A stretch of 64,000 nucleotides of DNA. It comes from Smithella sp. (GTDB lineage: Bacteria; Desulfobacterota; Syntrophia; Syntrophales; Smithellaceae). Each line of letters opens with the position of its first letter. Within the stretch, counting starts at the first letter, position 1. The notes below the pieces were generated by a model. It did not search any database and was not told the DNA's origin. It saw only the letters and a list, made by a program, of their open reading frames with translations. The position numbers and the translations under genes were made by a program. Where the stretch lies: NCBI GenBank assembly GCA_052139735.1, contig JBKQWB010000019.1, positions 11,162-75,161 on the forward strand. The letters run 5' to 3'. Shown one piece after another: positions 27,700-37,380 of the stretch.

Positions 27700-29157
27700 C
27701 TATATAAATTCTTTATATATTTTCCATTCGTCTCCTATTTTTCTCAGTTCCAACGTCTTTTTACCTTTATATTTAAATATAGAGGATTGGTAGTTTTGAG
27801 TAAATACTGCCTTCGCAGTATTTGCGTGCGCTGAAATTTGCAAATGATCAATATTGATTTTTATATTTTTACTTTTTTTGTACACATCGGCTTTGGAGGA
27901 TATCCAAGCGTCTAAGTTCATTCCTTTTGACTGGAAATTTGATTCATCATAACAACTGCGGTAAGTTTTCATATCGCCGGATCTCCAGCTTGCCAACCAT
28001 TTCGTTATCAGAATCCGGACATCATTTTCAGGAATTGATTTTGTCTTGTCTTGTTTGTCGTTTGTTTGAGCTAAATTCGAGCCGGCGGCAGGCGCGTCAA
28101 CAGCTTCCGAAACAGCAACAGGACCGGTAACATCGGCAACAGGCGCAGGCGCGGCAACGGACGCAGGAGCAGCAACAGGTGCAGGAGCGCCAACGGGTGC
28201 AGGAACGCCAACGGGTGCAGCGGAAGCAACGGGCGCTGCTATTTTCTTGCCTAGTTTTTCTTCGAAGGCCTGTATGATTTCATTCCTGACATTGCCTGTG
28301 TCGGATTCTTTCTTCGCGGGGAAATATTTAATGAAATGTTCATAAGCATCCATACGGGGATCTTTGCTGACAGCCGTTGCGTAGTCCGCTAAAGATTTTC
28401 CGTATTGTTCTATATCGTAATAAGCAAGGCCCCGGTTATACAAAGATAAAATGTCATTCGGATTTTTTTCTAAAGCCTTATTGTAATCGGCGATAGCTTT
28501 CGGAAGATTGCCTTGAAGATGATAGATATACCCTCTATTGGAATAGAATCCGCCAAATTCAGGTTTTATTTCTATAGCTTTATTGTAATCGGCAAGAGCC
28601 TGTAGAAAGTCGCCCTGAATTTGATAGGCATTTCCTCTGTTGGAATAGGCTGCGGCAAAGAAGGGATTTATTTCTATAGCCTTATTGTAATCGGCTATAG
28701 CTTTCTGAAGATTACCCTGTGCTTGATAGGCATTCCCGCGGTTGCAATAGGCTGCCGCATATTTGGGATTGATCCCAATGGCTTTGGTATAGCTAACTAT
28801 GGCTTGAGAGAGATTTCCCTGTTTTTCATAGGCATTTCCAAGGTTATAATAAGCTTCTGTAAATTCGGGATTAATTTCAACAGCTTTGTTATAGTCAGCA
28901 ATGGCTTCAGAGAAGTTGCCCTGTTTCCCATAAGCTTTCCCTCGATTGTAATAGGCTTTTGTATACTTTGAATAGACTTTGATGGCGTTGGTATAATCAG
29001 AGATGGCTTGGGCAAGGTTTCCCTGTTTTTCAAAAGAGTTGCCGCGATTGTAATATTCTTCTGCGGTCCCTGCGGGAATGTCGGGAACAGTTTCAGCGAA
29101 AATTGATGGAGCGAATAATAAAAATATTAACGATAAGGTAAATAATGATTTTTTCAT
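27700..29157 (-). CDS. Secreted TPR-repeat protein with Ala/Pro/Val-rich linker and NTF2/SnoaL-like C-terminal module
   Basis: Signal peptide MKKSLFTLSLIFLLFAPSIFA. About 8 TPR units (AxxDYNKAIEINP...AYxNRGNAY). Linker AAPVASAAPVGVPAPVGAPAPVAAPASVAAPAPV. The C-terminal 106 aa is paralogous to the end of the next gene. Confidence 0.85.
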   Translation of the reverse strand: MKKSLFTLSLIFLLFAPSIFAETVPDIPAGTAEEYYNRGNSFEKQGNLAQAISDYTNAIKVYSKYTKAYYNRGKAYGKQGNFSEAIADYNKAVEINPEFTEAYYNLGNAYEKQGNLSQAIVSYTKAIGINPKYAAAYCNRGNAYQAQGNLQKAIADYNKAIEINPFFAAAYSNRGNAYQIQGDFLQALADYNKAIEIKPEFGGFYSNRGYIYHLQGNLPKAIADYNKALEKNPNDILSLYNRGLAYYDIEQYGKSLADYATAVSKDPRMDAYEHFIKYFPAKKESDTGNVRNEIIQAFEEKLGKKIAAPVASAAPVGVPAPVGAPAPVAAPASVAAPAPVADVTGPVAVSEAVDAPAAGSNLAQTNDKQDKTKSIPENDVRILITKWLASWRSGDMKTYRSCYDESNFQSKGMNLDAWISSKADVYKKSKNIKINIDHLQISAHANTAKAVFTQNYQSSIFKYKGKKTLELRKIGDEWKIYKEFI

Positions 29158-29372
29158 AATTATTGCCTTTTTTAAAATTATATTTATATTCGTTCCGTGG
29201 TTGAAAATAGAACAAAGATTATTTGTATTGTCAAGATAATTATTGCCGGACTTGTATCGTGTTGACGAGGAAATTTTATTTGTCCTGTATAATGTTCACC
29301 AATATGTAAAACTAAACGAATAGTGTAAAAAAAAGGATGTTAAAAATATAATTGCCAATGTGATTATTATGT

Positions 29373-30899
29373 TCACATAATCTCTCTATATATTTTCCAT
29401 TCATCGCCTGTTTTTCTTAATTCTAATATCTTCCTTCCTTTACTTCTAAGTTTTGAAGAACTGTAATGTTGAGTAAATACTGCCTTCGCGATATTTTCAT
29501 CTGTGGATATTTGCAAATTATCAATGCGAATACTTATATTTTTATCGTTTTGGTGGACATCGGATTTATGAGATATCCAGGTACTTAAATCCATTTCTTT
29601 CGACTGGAAGTCTGACGCATAACAATCGCGATAAGTTTTCATATCGCCCGATTCCCAACTGGTTAGCCATTTAGTTATCAAATTCCGTATATCTTTTGAA
29701 GCGATATTATTTGTTCCTTTTTGTTTGCTGTTTACCACAGCAAGGTTCTTATCAGTGACACGGGGTGGTGTCGCATCATCAACGACATACCATTTGTTGT
29801 TAACCTTTTCTAAAATCAGTTTATTATAAAATCCCTGAAAATTATTGTCGTTGACTGCAAAGATTTGATCAAAAATAATAACGGCATTATTTTCTTCCTG
29901 TAAAATGGATATATCCCGTGGCTGTAAAACAAAATGATTATATATAAATCTCAATTGTTTGATTTTATTATAGAGTTCTTCGCGTCTCTTGCCCTTAATT
30001 TCCGAGCCTTGCATATATAAGGAATCAATCTTTTTAACGTCCTTTTCGGTAAAAGCCTTATTCCATGATATTAAAATTTTTTCTAATTCATTTTTTGAAG
30101 GAAGAACATAATTTTGGGGAACCCATTTTATAGACTCGGAAATAACGACAGGTGTTCTGTTTAAATAGATAAAATTGGCAAGTCTCTTCAGATCGCTGTC
30201 ATGTAAAACTACACAGCCGCTTGAATGTTTAGGCAATAGTGGCTTTGTCGTGCCATGAATCCAGATGTTATTACCGTCCCGTCCCGCTCTCTTGTCGGAG
30301 ATAGTCGGATAATCCAGAGGAAAAGCCATTGAACCATAAATTGCAGGCGGACCGGGGTTATGCAGAATTTTCGTTGTAAAGAAAATTCCATTGGGAGTTT
30401 TTGCGTCTCCGGCAACTCGTTTAGATCCGGAATTTTTTCCTGTGGAACAAGAAGCCTCAAATACTTTAGAAAAAGTTTCCTCTTTATGAAAAACGTATAT
30501 CTTTTGATATTTTTTATCAACGACGATAATGTAACCGGAAGATAAAGAAACTATCGAATCCGGTATTTTTCTGGAACCGGGAGCAATTTTCGAAATTGAT
30601 ATTCTATCGGAATCAGGGGAAGCTATCAAATCGGATGTTTCCCCGGAATCAGGGGTGGCTGTCGAATCCGGAGTCTTTTCGGAATCCGGTGAAACGGTTT
30701 GATCCGTTATTTTCTCGGAATTTGAAGAGGCTGTCGAATCCGGAGTTTTTCCTGAATCGGTAGAAACCATTGACGGAGCTTCAACAGGATATAAGAAAAA
30801 AATTAATGATAACAATATGATACAATAAGCAGTGATTTTTATTTTAATCATCATTACAATTAATAACCTCAAGTTTCTTAATGAAAAAGTAAAGATCAC
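29373..30899 (-). CDS. L,D-transpeptidase (YkuD domain) with N-terminal Ser/Thr/Pro/Asp repeats and two NTF2-like C-terminal modules
   Basis: Catalytic IWIHGTTKP...HSSGCVVL. The repeats are TPDSTA/SPDSEKT. The likely real start is the MM at 30854/30851, which gives the signal peptide MIKIKITAYCIILLSLIFFLYPVEA. Confidence 0.85.
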   Translation of the reverse strand: MIFTFSLRNLRLLIVMMIKIKITAYCIILLSLIFFLYPVEAPSMVSTDSGKTPDSTASSNSEKITDQTVSPDSEKTPDSTATPDSGETSDLIASPDSDRISISKIAPGSRKIPDSIVSLSSGYIIVVDKKYQKIYVFHKEETFSKVFEASCSTGKNSGSKRVAGDAKTPNGIFFTTKILHNPGPPAIYGSMAFPLDYPTISDKRAGRDGNNIWIHGTTKPLLPKHSSGCVVLHDSDLKRLANFIYLNRTPVVISESIKWVPQNYVLPSKNELEKILISWNKAFTEKDVKKIDSLYMQGSEIKGKRREELYNKIKQLRFIYNHFVLQPRDISILQEENNAVIIFDQIFAVNDNNFQGFYNKLILEKVNNKWYVVDDATPPRVTDKNLAVVNSKQKGTNNIASKDIRNLITKWLTSWESGDMKTYRDCYASDFQSKEMDLSTWISHKSDVHQNDKNISIRIDNLQISTDENIAKAVFTQHYSSSKLRSKGRKILELRKTGDEWKIYREIM

Positions 30900-31197
30900 A
30901 TAGCAAAAACTTAATAATCATTCAAGCATTTTAATTGAAAAATCCACCAGTTCTTTAAACTTATACATGGGTTCTAAATAAGAGTTTTTGAAAAAAATAT
31001 TAAAAAAAATGATTTACAAATGGGCAAATAAATATTATAAAAAAATTAACCAGTACATCCAATGGCAATAATTAAAGATATTTGTTGCAATAAATCAAAA
31101 ACATTGATAAATTTAACAACAGCTTCTTGGCCAACTCCATAAATGACATAAAAGATACATCAACAAAGATACATCAATAAAAAATGAGGGAAGTTTC

Positions 31198-33027
31198 TTG
31201 GCAGACCTTAAAAATGATGTAAACTCAACTGAAAAGCTTCTTAATGTCATACGCGGGAAAAATGAAGAATCCTTCAGCGTGCCGGACAAACCGGAAGTTT
31301 CTGTGTCTGCAAAAAAGCGGGCAAAAAATGTCAATGTCATCTCGCCTAAACGTTTTTTCGATAAAAAAATTTTTACAGTAGGCGTTGATGTCGGCCGGGA
31401 ATTTGTTTGTCTGGTCAAGACGGATAATAATTCCGGCGATAAGCCGATTTTAGTTGACAAAAAAATTATCAAATATAGTCCCAGAATATCTAACGATTCG
31501 CCGGAATTCAACACATTTTTAAAATCTTCCATTATTTCCTTTTGCGGCTCAATGGCCAATTGTAATATCTGGATGAAGATATCAACGAGCGAAGTTAATG
31601 TCCATTTCCTGAAAGTTCCACGCGTGCCTAAAAATAAACTGGATAATGTTATTTATTGGACAGCGAAAAAAGAAGGTTTTATTGATGAAGAAAAATTAAT
31701 TTTTGATTTTGAACTGCAGGGCGAAATTGTTGATCAGGGCAATTCTAAATATTTCGTTATGGTTTACACAGCCCCAAAAGCGGAAATTGAAAGAATAAAA
31801 TCCTTGTTTTTTGACATGGGAATAACTCTTGCCGGAATTACAACAGTTCCTTTTGCTCTTCAGAATATTTTCCGGTCAGAATGGATGCCGGTAGCTGAAG
31901 AAATTTTTGCCAGTTTGTTTATAGGCAATAATTTTTCCCGAATTGATGTCTATGATAAAGATAATCTGGTTATGAGCCGGGGCATCAAAACGGGCAGTGG
32001 CAATAGCATGGCAGAAGCAATTATCGCATCTGTTTTTGAGAAAACAGGCAATGTAAGACTGAATCATGATGAAGCAATAAAAATTCTTTTGAGTCTTAGT
32101 CCTGATTCGGAAAAATTAAGCAAGACGGACGCTGGTTACGATTTAACAAAAGAAGAAATTCTGGAGATGATTTCTCCCGTATGGGAAAGATTAGCCCGTC
32201 AGGTGGACTTAACTTTAAAAACATCTTCTATCGGATACCAGAGGGTTGAAAAGATATATATTAGAAGTTCAGTGAATGTTGATAATTCCATTCTGGCTTA
32301 CATGAGTGATCAATTGGGAATAAAAACCGAATTCTTTGATCCTTTTAAACAGCAGGCATCTTATCTCTCCATGGAATCTTTAAGCGTTCAAGAAGGAGTT
32401 TTGCTGTCTCCCGCTTTGGGTTTTGCATTGTCGAACAACAGTTGGACACCCAATGTTATTTTTACTTATATCGAAAAAAATAGAGAAATAAAAACAAAAC
32501 GAATGGATAGACTGGTTTTTATGTCCTTTCTGGCAGCTTTAATTGTTTGCCTTATTACGTTAATTTATCAAAGTTCAGAATTGCACATCCTTAAAGAAAA
32601 GCGGGTAAAATTAGAAAATGAATTAGCTCTCTATAATCCGTTATTATCTGTGGATACAATAAATAATGCATCCAGCAAAGCAAAGATACAGAAAATAATT
32701 GCCCATCAATATGCGCAGAGATATTTGGGTCTCGCGGCAATTGGAGAAGTTTCTGATCTTACGCCGTCAAATGTACGTCTGCTCGGTTTCAAAATAACAG
32801 AGGGAAACGTCGCGACGAAAAATGAAGCCGCAAGCGAAGGTGTCGCGATAGAGGGAATTATTTTTGATAAAATGGACAAGCTTGATTCAGATTTATCGCA
32901 ATATGTGATAAATCTGGAAAATTCGCCGATGTTCAGTAAGGTGTCGGTTCAGAAAAACAGTATTATAACTTTCAAAAAAGATGAAGTTCTCAATTTTGCT
33001 TTGACCGCTAAAATAGGTAAACAGTGA
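31198..33027 (+). CDS. Type IV pilus assembly protein, PilM-PilN fusion (MshI-like)
   Basis: 609 aa. Actin-like ATPase fold start (VGVDVGREFVCLV), one TM helix around aa 440 (LVFMSFLAALIVCLITLIY), then a coiled-coil PilN-like periplasmic part. TTG start after GAGGGA. Confidence 0.7.
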   Translation: MADLKNDVNSTEKLLNVIRGKNEESFSVPDKPEVSVSAKKRAKNVNVISPKRFFDKKIFTVGVDVGREFVCLVKTDNNSGDKPILVDKKIIKYSPRISNDSPEFNTFLKSSIISFCGSMANCNIWMKISTSEVNVHFLKVPRVPKNKLDNVIYWTAKKEGFIDEEKLIFDFELQGEIVDQGNSKYFVMVYTAPKAEIERIKSLFFDMGITLAGITTVPFALQNIFRSEWMPVAEEIFASLFIGNNFSRIDVYDKDNLVMSRGIKTGSGNSMAEAIIASVFEKTGNVRLNHDEAIKILLSLSPDSEKLSKTDAGYDLTKEEILEMISPVWERLARQVDLTLKTSSIGYQRVEKIYIRSSVNVDNSILAYMSDQLGIKTEFFDPFKQQASYLSMESLSVQEGVLLSPALGFALSNNSWTPNVIFTYIEKNREIKTKRMDRLVFMSFLAALIVCLITLIYQSSELHILKEKRVKLENELALYNPLLSVDTINNASSKAKIQKIIAHQYAQRYLGLAAIGEVSDLTPSNVRLLGFKITEGNVATKNEAASEGVAIEGIIFDKMDKLDSDLSQYVINLENSPMFSKVSVQKNSIITFKKDEVLNFALTAKIGKQ

Positions 33028-33560
33028 TGAATAAAAGCAATGCTAATGTAAACCGAAATAGTTTTTTGTATTTATTTATTTACAGTGGACTTATTTTTAT
33101 TATTATTTTAGTAGGCATACTTCCTTTATATCTCAAGACTTCCGCCAACATTAAGGAAAATGAAAAATTAACATATCAAATTAAAGAGCAAAATGATTTG
33201 AAGCCTGTTTACTCATCCTTACTAAACGCTATGAAGGATAAGGATTTGCTTGTTTTACCCAATCCCGAGAAGAAGCCACTGCCCCGTTTAGAAGCAGGAA
33301 AATTCCGGGATGATTTCAATGCGGTGGCGAAGAAATCAGGAGTAGCGATTGTTTCCTTTGTGCCGGATTCAAGCACATCGACTGGTTCTTCAACATCCCT
33401 TTTGCATCATATTGTGCTGAAGGGGGAATTTGCCGATTTTCGAAAAATGCTTATCGAATTGGGAACCGTTCCTTATTTGGATAAGATTGGGGAAATTAGT
33501 TATATGCAAGGCACTGCTTCCATGGAATTTAAAATGAAAGTCTGGATAGCGCTTAAGTAG
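33024..33560 (+). CDS. PilO/MshJ-like pilus assembly protein
   Basis: 178 aa. Single N-terminal TM, coiled coil, small C-terminal domain. Overlaps the upstream stop. Called mainly from position in the cluster. Confidence 0.5.
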   Translation: MMNKSNANVNRNSFLYLFIYSGLIFIIILVGILPLYLKTSANIKENEKLTYQIKEQNDLKPVYSSLLNAMKDKDLLVLPNPEKKPLPRLEAGKFRDDFNAVAKKSGVAIVSFVPDSSTSTGSSTSLLHHIVLKGEFADFRKMLIELGTVPYLDKIGEISYMQGTASMEFKMKVWIALK

Positions 33561-33577
33561 TCAATCAAAAGGTATTT

Positions 33578-34063
33578 ATGGCTAAGTTAAAAACAAGGGA
33601 AATTATCATTTTAGTGATCGCCGTCTTATTTATTTTATACGCGGGTTTTGATTACTTAATTATCGGTTCGGCAGGTAAAAAAGTTAAATCCAAAGCCGAT
33701 TCCGTGAAAATTGAAACATTTACAAGCGAAATAACCGGTGATTTAAATAAAAACAAATTATCTGATTTTGATAAATATGTTATTAGGCGGGCAGGAATTG
33801 ATAGTGGAAACAATCCTTTTTTGAAAAGAGATGCCTATAAGGCTTGGGCGGTAAGAGATAATAAAGGCAGTGCGTCTAAAATAATTTATTCCGGCTATGT
33901 GGAATCAGGAAGGAATAGAATGGCTGTACTTAACGGCCTGGAATATAGAGCAGGGGAGCAAATGGTAGAGGAAGGCTATGTATTAAAACAGATTACGCCT
34001 TCGAAAGTTTTTATTTTTGATAAACGTACGGGAAGTAGTCTCGAAATTCCCATACAAGAATAA
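33578..34063 (+). CDS. PilP/MshK/GspC-like pilus assembly protein
   Basis: 161 aa. N-terminal TM. The C-terminal YSGYV..GRNRMAVLNG.EYRAGE....GYVLKQITPSKV beta-domain pattern resembles PilP/GspC HR domains. Confidence 0.5.
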   Translation: MAKLKTREIIILVIAVLFILYAGFDYLIIGSAGKKVKSKADSVKIETFTSEITGDLNKNKLSDFDKYVIRRAGIDSGNNPFLKRDAYKAWAVRDNKGSASKIIYSGYVESGRNRMAVLNGLEYRAGEQMVEEGYVLKQITPSKVFIFDKRTGSSLEIPIQE

Positions 34064-34066
34064 AAT

Positions 34067-35698
34067 TTGCAATTGGAGGTTGTCGATTTGAAATACTCTA
34101 AAAATATCATAATGACAGGCCTAAGTTTTTTAGTGCTGATGTTTTTTTTCGGCTGTGCCGATGAATTTAAGAGTGAGAAAAAAGATCCTTTTTTTGAAAA
34201 ATGGTCAACTCTTGCCGAAACTTCTGAGGGGCACTCTCCTAAAGCCAAAGAAATTAATGAGTCAGCAATTTTAGCCAAGAAACAAGTGTCATCTTCCCCT
34301 TTAGGTGAAACAGCCGTGAGAAAATTACCCAATGGACCTATCAATTTAACAATGCGTCAGGCGGATCTCAAATCCGTGTTGAGGGCAATGGCCAAATCGG
34401 TCGGTTTAAATCTTCTGGTTAAAAACGAACTCCAGGGTAGTATCAGTGTAGATTTCAAGGCGGTTCCCTGGGATAAAGCATTTACCGGATTATTGCGCAC
34501 ATATAATTTGTCCTATGTTTGGGAGGGCAATATCGTCAGAGTCATGACTATTGATGATGTTGCACAGGATTTAAAACAAAAAGTGCAATTGCGGGATATT
34601 CAATGGGTTGAACCGTTGTTGGAGCCTGTGGTGATAGGCATTGATTACACCGATCCCGCGAAACTGGCGGACACACTTCAGGGTTTCATCACTAAAGATA
34701 AGGATGGAAAACCCCGCGGTTCGATTAAAGTTGACGAACACAGCAATTCTCTGGTTATTTCCGCTTTGCATGACGATCTGAAGAAAATGCTGCCGATTAT
34801 TGAAAAGTTAGATAAACCTACGCCTCAGATTTTAATTAAAGCCAATATAGTGGAAACAACGAAAATCGTGGCCAGAGATTTGGGAATTATGTGGGGAGGA
34901 TCGGCTTCTACTACTCTCCACGGCAGCGAAAGTCTTTCAGTGTCTGGTGGTGGCACCCGAGCAAGCTCGACGTCTCCTATTACTCCGACAGCAAATGGTG
35001 CTATTGGCATAGGAGGCGAAGGTCTTGGAATAAATTTCCCGGCTAGTAATTTAACATCCACGGCCGCCTCTTCATTAGGTCTTACTTTTGGTACTATAGG
35101 CGGAAATTTATTAGAAGTACAACTTCAAGCCCTGCAGACGGCTTCTCTGTTAAATGTTCTTTCCAGTCCGTCGATCACAACTTTGGACAACCAGAAAGCA
35201 TTTACTGAAAATGGCGAAAGAGTTCCCTATGTAACAGTTCAGCAAACAGCCGGTACCACCGGCGCTATACCGACTTATACTACCAACTTTGTAGATGTCC
35301 TTATGCGTTTGGAGATTACGCCGCATGTCATTGACGGTAAAAATTTAAAAATGACAATTTTTGTGCAAAAAGATGACATTGATACGACAAGAGAAGACAT
35401 TTTGGGAGATCCTTATATTATCAAAAAGCAAACGCAAACGGTGTTGATTGTCAAGGATGGAGAGACAATTGTTATTTCCGGTTTAACTAAACGAACCAAA
35501 TCAGATTCGGGAAACGGCGTGCCGTGGTTAGAAGACATTCCCGTTTTGGGCTGGGCTTTTAAATCGGATAGTAAAAGCGATGAAAAGGATGAAGTTCTTA
35601 TATTTATTACGCCTCATATATTACAGGCCGGTAATAACCAGACTTCACACGAAACTGGAAAGAATAATATAGAAAATAATCTAACTGAAAAAAATTGA
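34067..35698 (+). CDS. Secretin (PilQ/MshL/GspD family), probably a lipoprotein
   Basis: N-domains (INLTMRQADLKSVLRAMAKSVGLNLLV). The C-terminal secretin core is VISGL...VPWLEDIPVLGWAFKS......EVLIFITPHIL. An alternative TTG at 34088 follows GGAGG and yields a lipobox FFFGC. Confidence 0.9.
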   Translation: MQLEVVDLKYSKNIIMTGLSFLVLMFFFGCADEFKSEKKDPFFEKWSTLAETSEGHSPKAKEINESAILAKKQVSSSPLGETAVRKLPNGPINLTMRQADLKSVLRAMAKSVGLNLLVKNELQGSISVDFKAVPWDKAFTGLLRTYNLSYVWEGNIVRVMTIDDVAQDLKQKVQLRDIQWVEPLLEPVVIGIDYTDPAKLADTLQGFITKDKDGKPRGSIKVDEHSNSLVISALHDDLKKMLPIIEKLDKPTPQILIKANIVETTKIVARDLGIMWGGSASTTLHGSESLSVSGGGTRASSTSPITPTANGAIGIGGEGLGINFPASNLTSTAASSLGLTFGTIGGNLLEVQLQALQTASLLNVLSSPSITTLDNQKAFTENGERVPYVTVQQTAGTTGAIPTYTTNFVDVLMRLEITPHVIDGKNLKMTIFVQKDDIDTTREDILGDPYIIKKQTQTVLIVKDGETIVISGLTKRTKSDSGNGVPWLEDIPVLGWAFKSDSKSDEKDEVLIFITPHILQAGNNQTSHETGKNNIENNLTEKN

Positions 35699-35775
35699 AA
35701 AAGAACCGGAATTAAAATAAATGGAGTTGGACTCTGAGCAATAGCGGATGTTAAACAGCAAGATGGCGTTTAAAA

Positions 35776-37362
35776 ATGAATTATTACAACATTCTCAATT
35801 TAAAAAAAGAGCCATTTTCCAACTCTCCGGAACCGGAATTTCTTTTTCAATTACCACAGTATAGCGATTGTTTGCAAAAGTTGGAACTGGCCGTCCGCCT
35901 GCGCCGCGGAATTAACGTAGTAATAGGGGACATCGGCACAGGGAAAACTACTTTGTGCCGAAAACTTATTCAGAGCTTTTCTTCGACTTCGGCAGATTCT
36001 ACTGAAATTGAAACTCATCTTTTGCTTGATCCGGCGTTTAACGGCGCTGTTGAATTCCTGCAAACGATTGCTTTAATGCTGGGCATTAAAGATTTAAATA
36101 ATTGCAAAAGTGAATGGCCTTTAAAAGAAAAAATTAAGGATTATCTCTTTGACAAGGGAGTGGATGAAAAGAGACTAGTTGTCCTGATTATTGACGAAGG
36201 TCAGAAAATTCCGGAGAATTGCCTGGAAATTTTGCGGGAATTTCTTAATTACGAAACCAATAAATTTAAGCTGCTGCAAATAATAATTTTTGCTCAAAAA
36301 GAATTCCAGACAATTCTTAAAAGGAAAGCCAATCTTCTTGATCGGGTTAATATTCTATATTATCTTCAACCACTGAACTTTAAACAAATGCGGGCGATGG
36401 TAAACTATCGTTTAAGTGTCGCCAGAGACTATGAAACAGCTCCTTCTCTGTTTAGCTTTTGGGGTTTTGCGGCTATGTATCTGGCTACCGGAGGCTATCC
36501 GCGTAGAGTGATTTTTCTTTGCCATCATGTTGTTTTAAAAATGATAGTTCGCGGCAGAAAGAGGGCAGGCTGGTTTTTAGTCAGAAGTTCCGTCAGTGAG
36601 ATGGCAACGCCGTTGTTTAGAAGATTAAGATGGGCGCTTGTTAGCTTTTTAATGATAGTTGTCCTGGGAATTTCGATCAGCGCAATGATACTGCAAAGTC
36701 GAAATGCTGATGCGTATAAAAAAATAGCGACAATTCTGGTAACAACGGCAGCGCCGGTAGCACCTGCAACTCAGGCAACTCTCATTGCTCCTGAAATTAA
36801 ACAGGTGGAGACAACAGTCATTGTTGCAAATTCGTCAAGGACTCAAGAAAATAAGAATCAGGATGTTAAGATGCCTGATAATATTGGAAAGATATCCATG
36901 ACAAAAAGAAGAACAATTTGGTGGACACTGCATAATATATACGGCGAGGTAAGTTCCGATATCATGAACGCGGTGTTCGCAGCTAATCCTCGTATTAAAA
37001 ATAAAGATATGGTCGCAGAAGGAAGTATAATAACTCTTCCGTCAATTGCAGCGGATATAAAACCAATAAACAAAGGCGACATAATCGTTGCTTTAAAATG
37101 TGGAAAAGATTTAGAAACGATGTATAATATTTATCGTAACAATCCTGACGAGAGGAAAATGCCTCCACTGGCATTTCTTTCTTTCTGGAATAAAAAAGAA
37201 GGCATGGGATTTGCGATTGTTATCGATAAAAGTTTCAATAATTATAACTCAGCCGAAGAAGCAGTCGGCAAATTACCACCAGTGATTGCCGCCGAAGTAA
37301 AAATTTTAACTCAATGGGATGCGGATACAGTATTTTTTAACCGCCGCGTGTTGCATCATTGA
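35776..37362 (+). CDS. ExeA/MshM-like AAA ATPase with TM segment and periplasmic C-terminal domains
   Basis: Walker A GDIGTGKTTLCRKL and Walker B LVVLIIDEGQ. A TM helix lies near aa 290-315. The C-terminal part is LysM/SPOR-like by loose resemblance. Confidence 0.75.
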   Translation: MNYYNILNLKKEPFSNSPEPEFLFQLPQYSDCLQKLELAVRLRRGINVVIGDIGTGKTTLCRKLIQSFSSTSADSTEIETHLLLDPAFNGAVEFLQTIALMLGIKDLNNCKSEWPLKEKIKDYLFDKGVDEKRLVVLIIDEGQKIPENCLEILREFLNYETNKFKLLQIIIFAQKEFQTILKRKANLLDRVNILYYLQPLNFKQMRAMVNYRLSVARDYETAPSLFSFWGFAAMYLATGGYPRRVIFLCHHVVLKMIVRGRKRAGWFLVRSSVSEMATPLFRRLRWALVSFLMIVVLGISISAMILQSRNADAYKKIATILVTTAAPVAPATQATLIAPEIKQVETTVIVANSSRTQENKNQDVKMPDNIGKISMTKRRTIWWTLHNIYGEVSSDIMNAVFAANPRIKNKDMVAEGSIITLPSIAADIKPINKGDIIVALKCGKDLETMYNIYRNNPDERKMPPLAFLSFWNKKEGMGFAIVIDKSFNNYNSAEEAVGKLPPVIAAEVKILTQWDADTVFFNRRVLHH

Positions 37363-37380
37363 GTTGATCGTGGAGGATAA

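Noticed and set aside
31113-31559. 148-aa minus-strand ORF overlapping the start of the PilM/N-like gene
   Set aside because: It overlaps a coherent plus-strand gene that heads a co-directional pilus operon. No recognisable family or RBS.
34142-34149. Homopolymer tracts as phase-variation switches: T8 in the secretin signal peptide, T9 at 47360-47368 in the DegT gene, T8 at 13594-13601 in the NTPase gene
   Set aside because: These lengths are at or below the usual slippage threshold. They are readily explained by Phe/Lys codon runs in an AT-rich genome, and there is no evidence of length heterogeneity from a single sequence.
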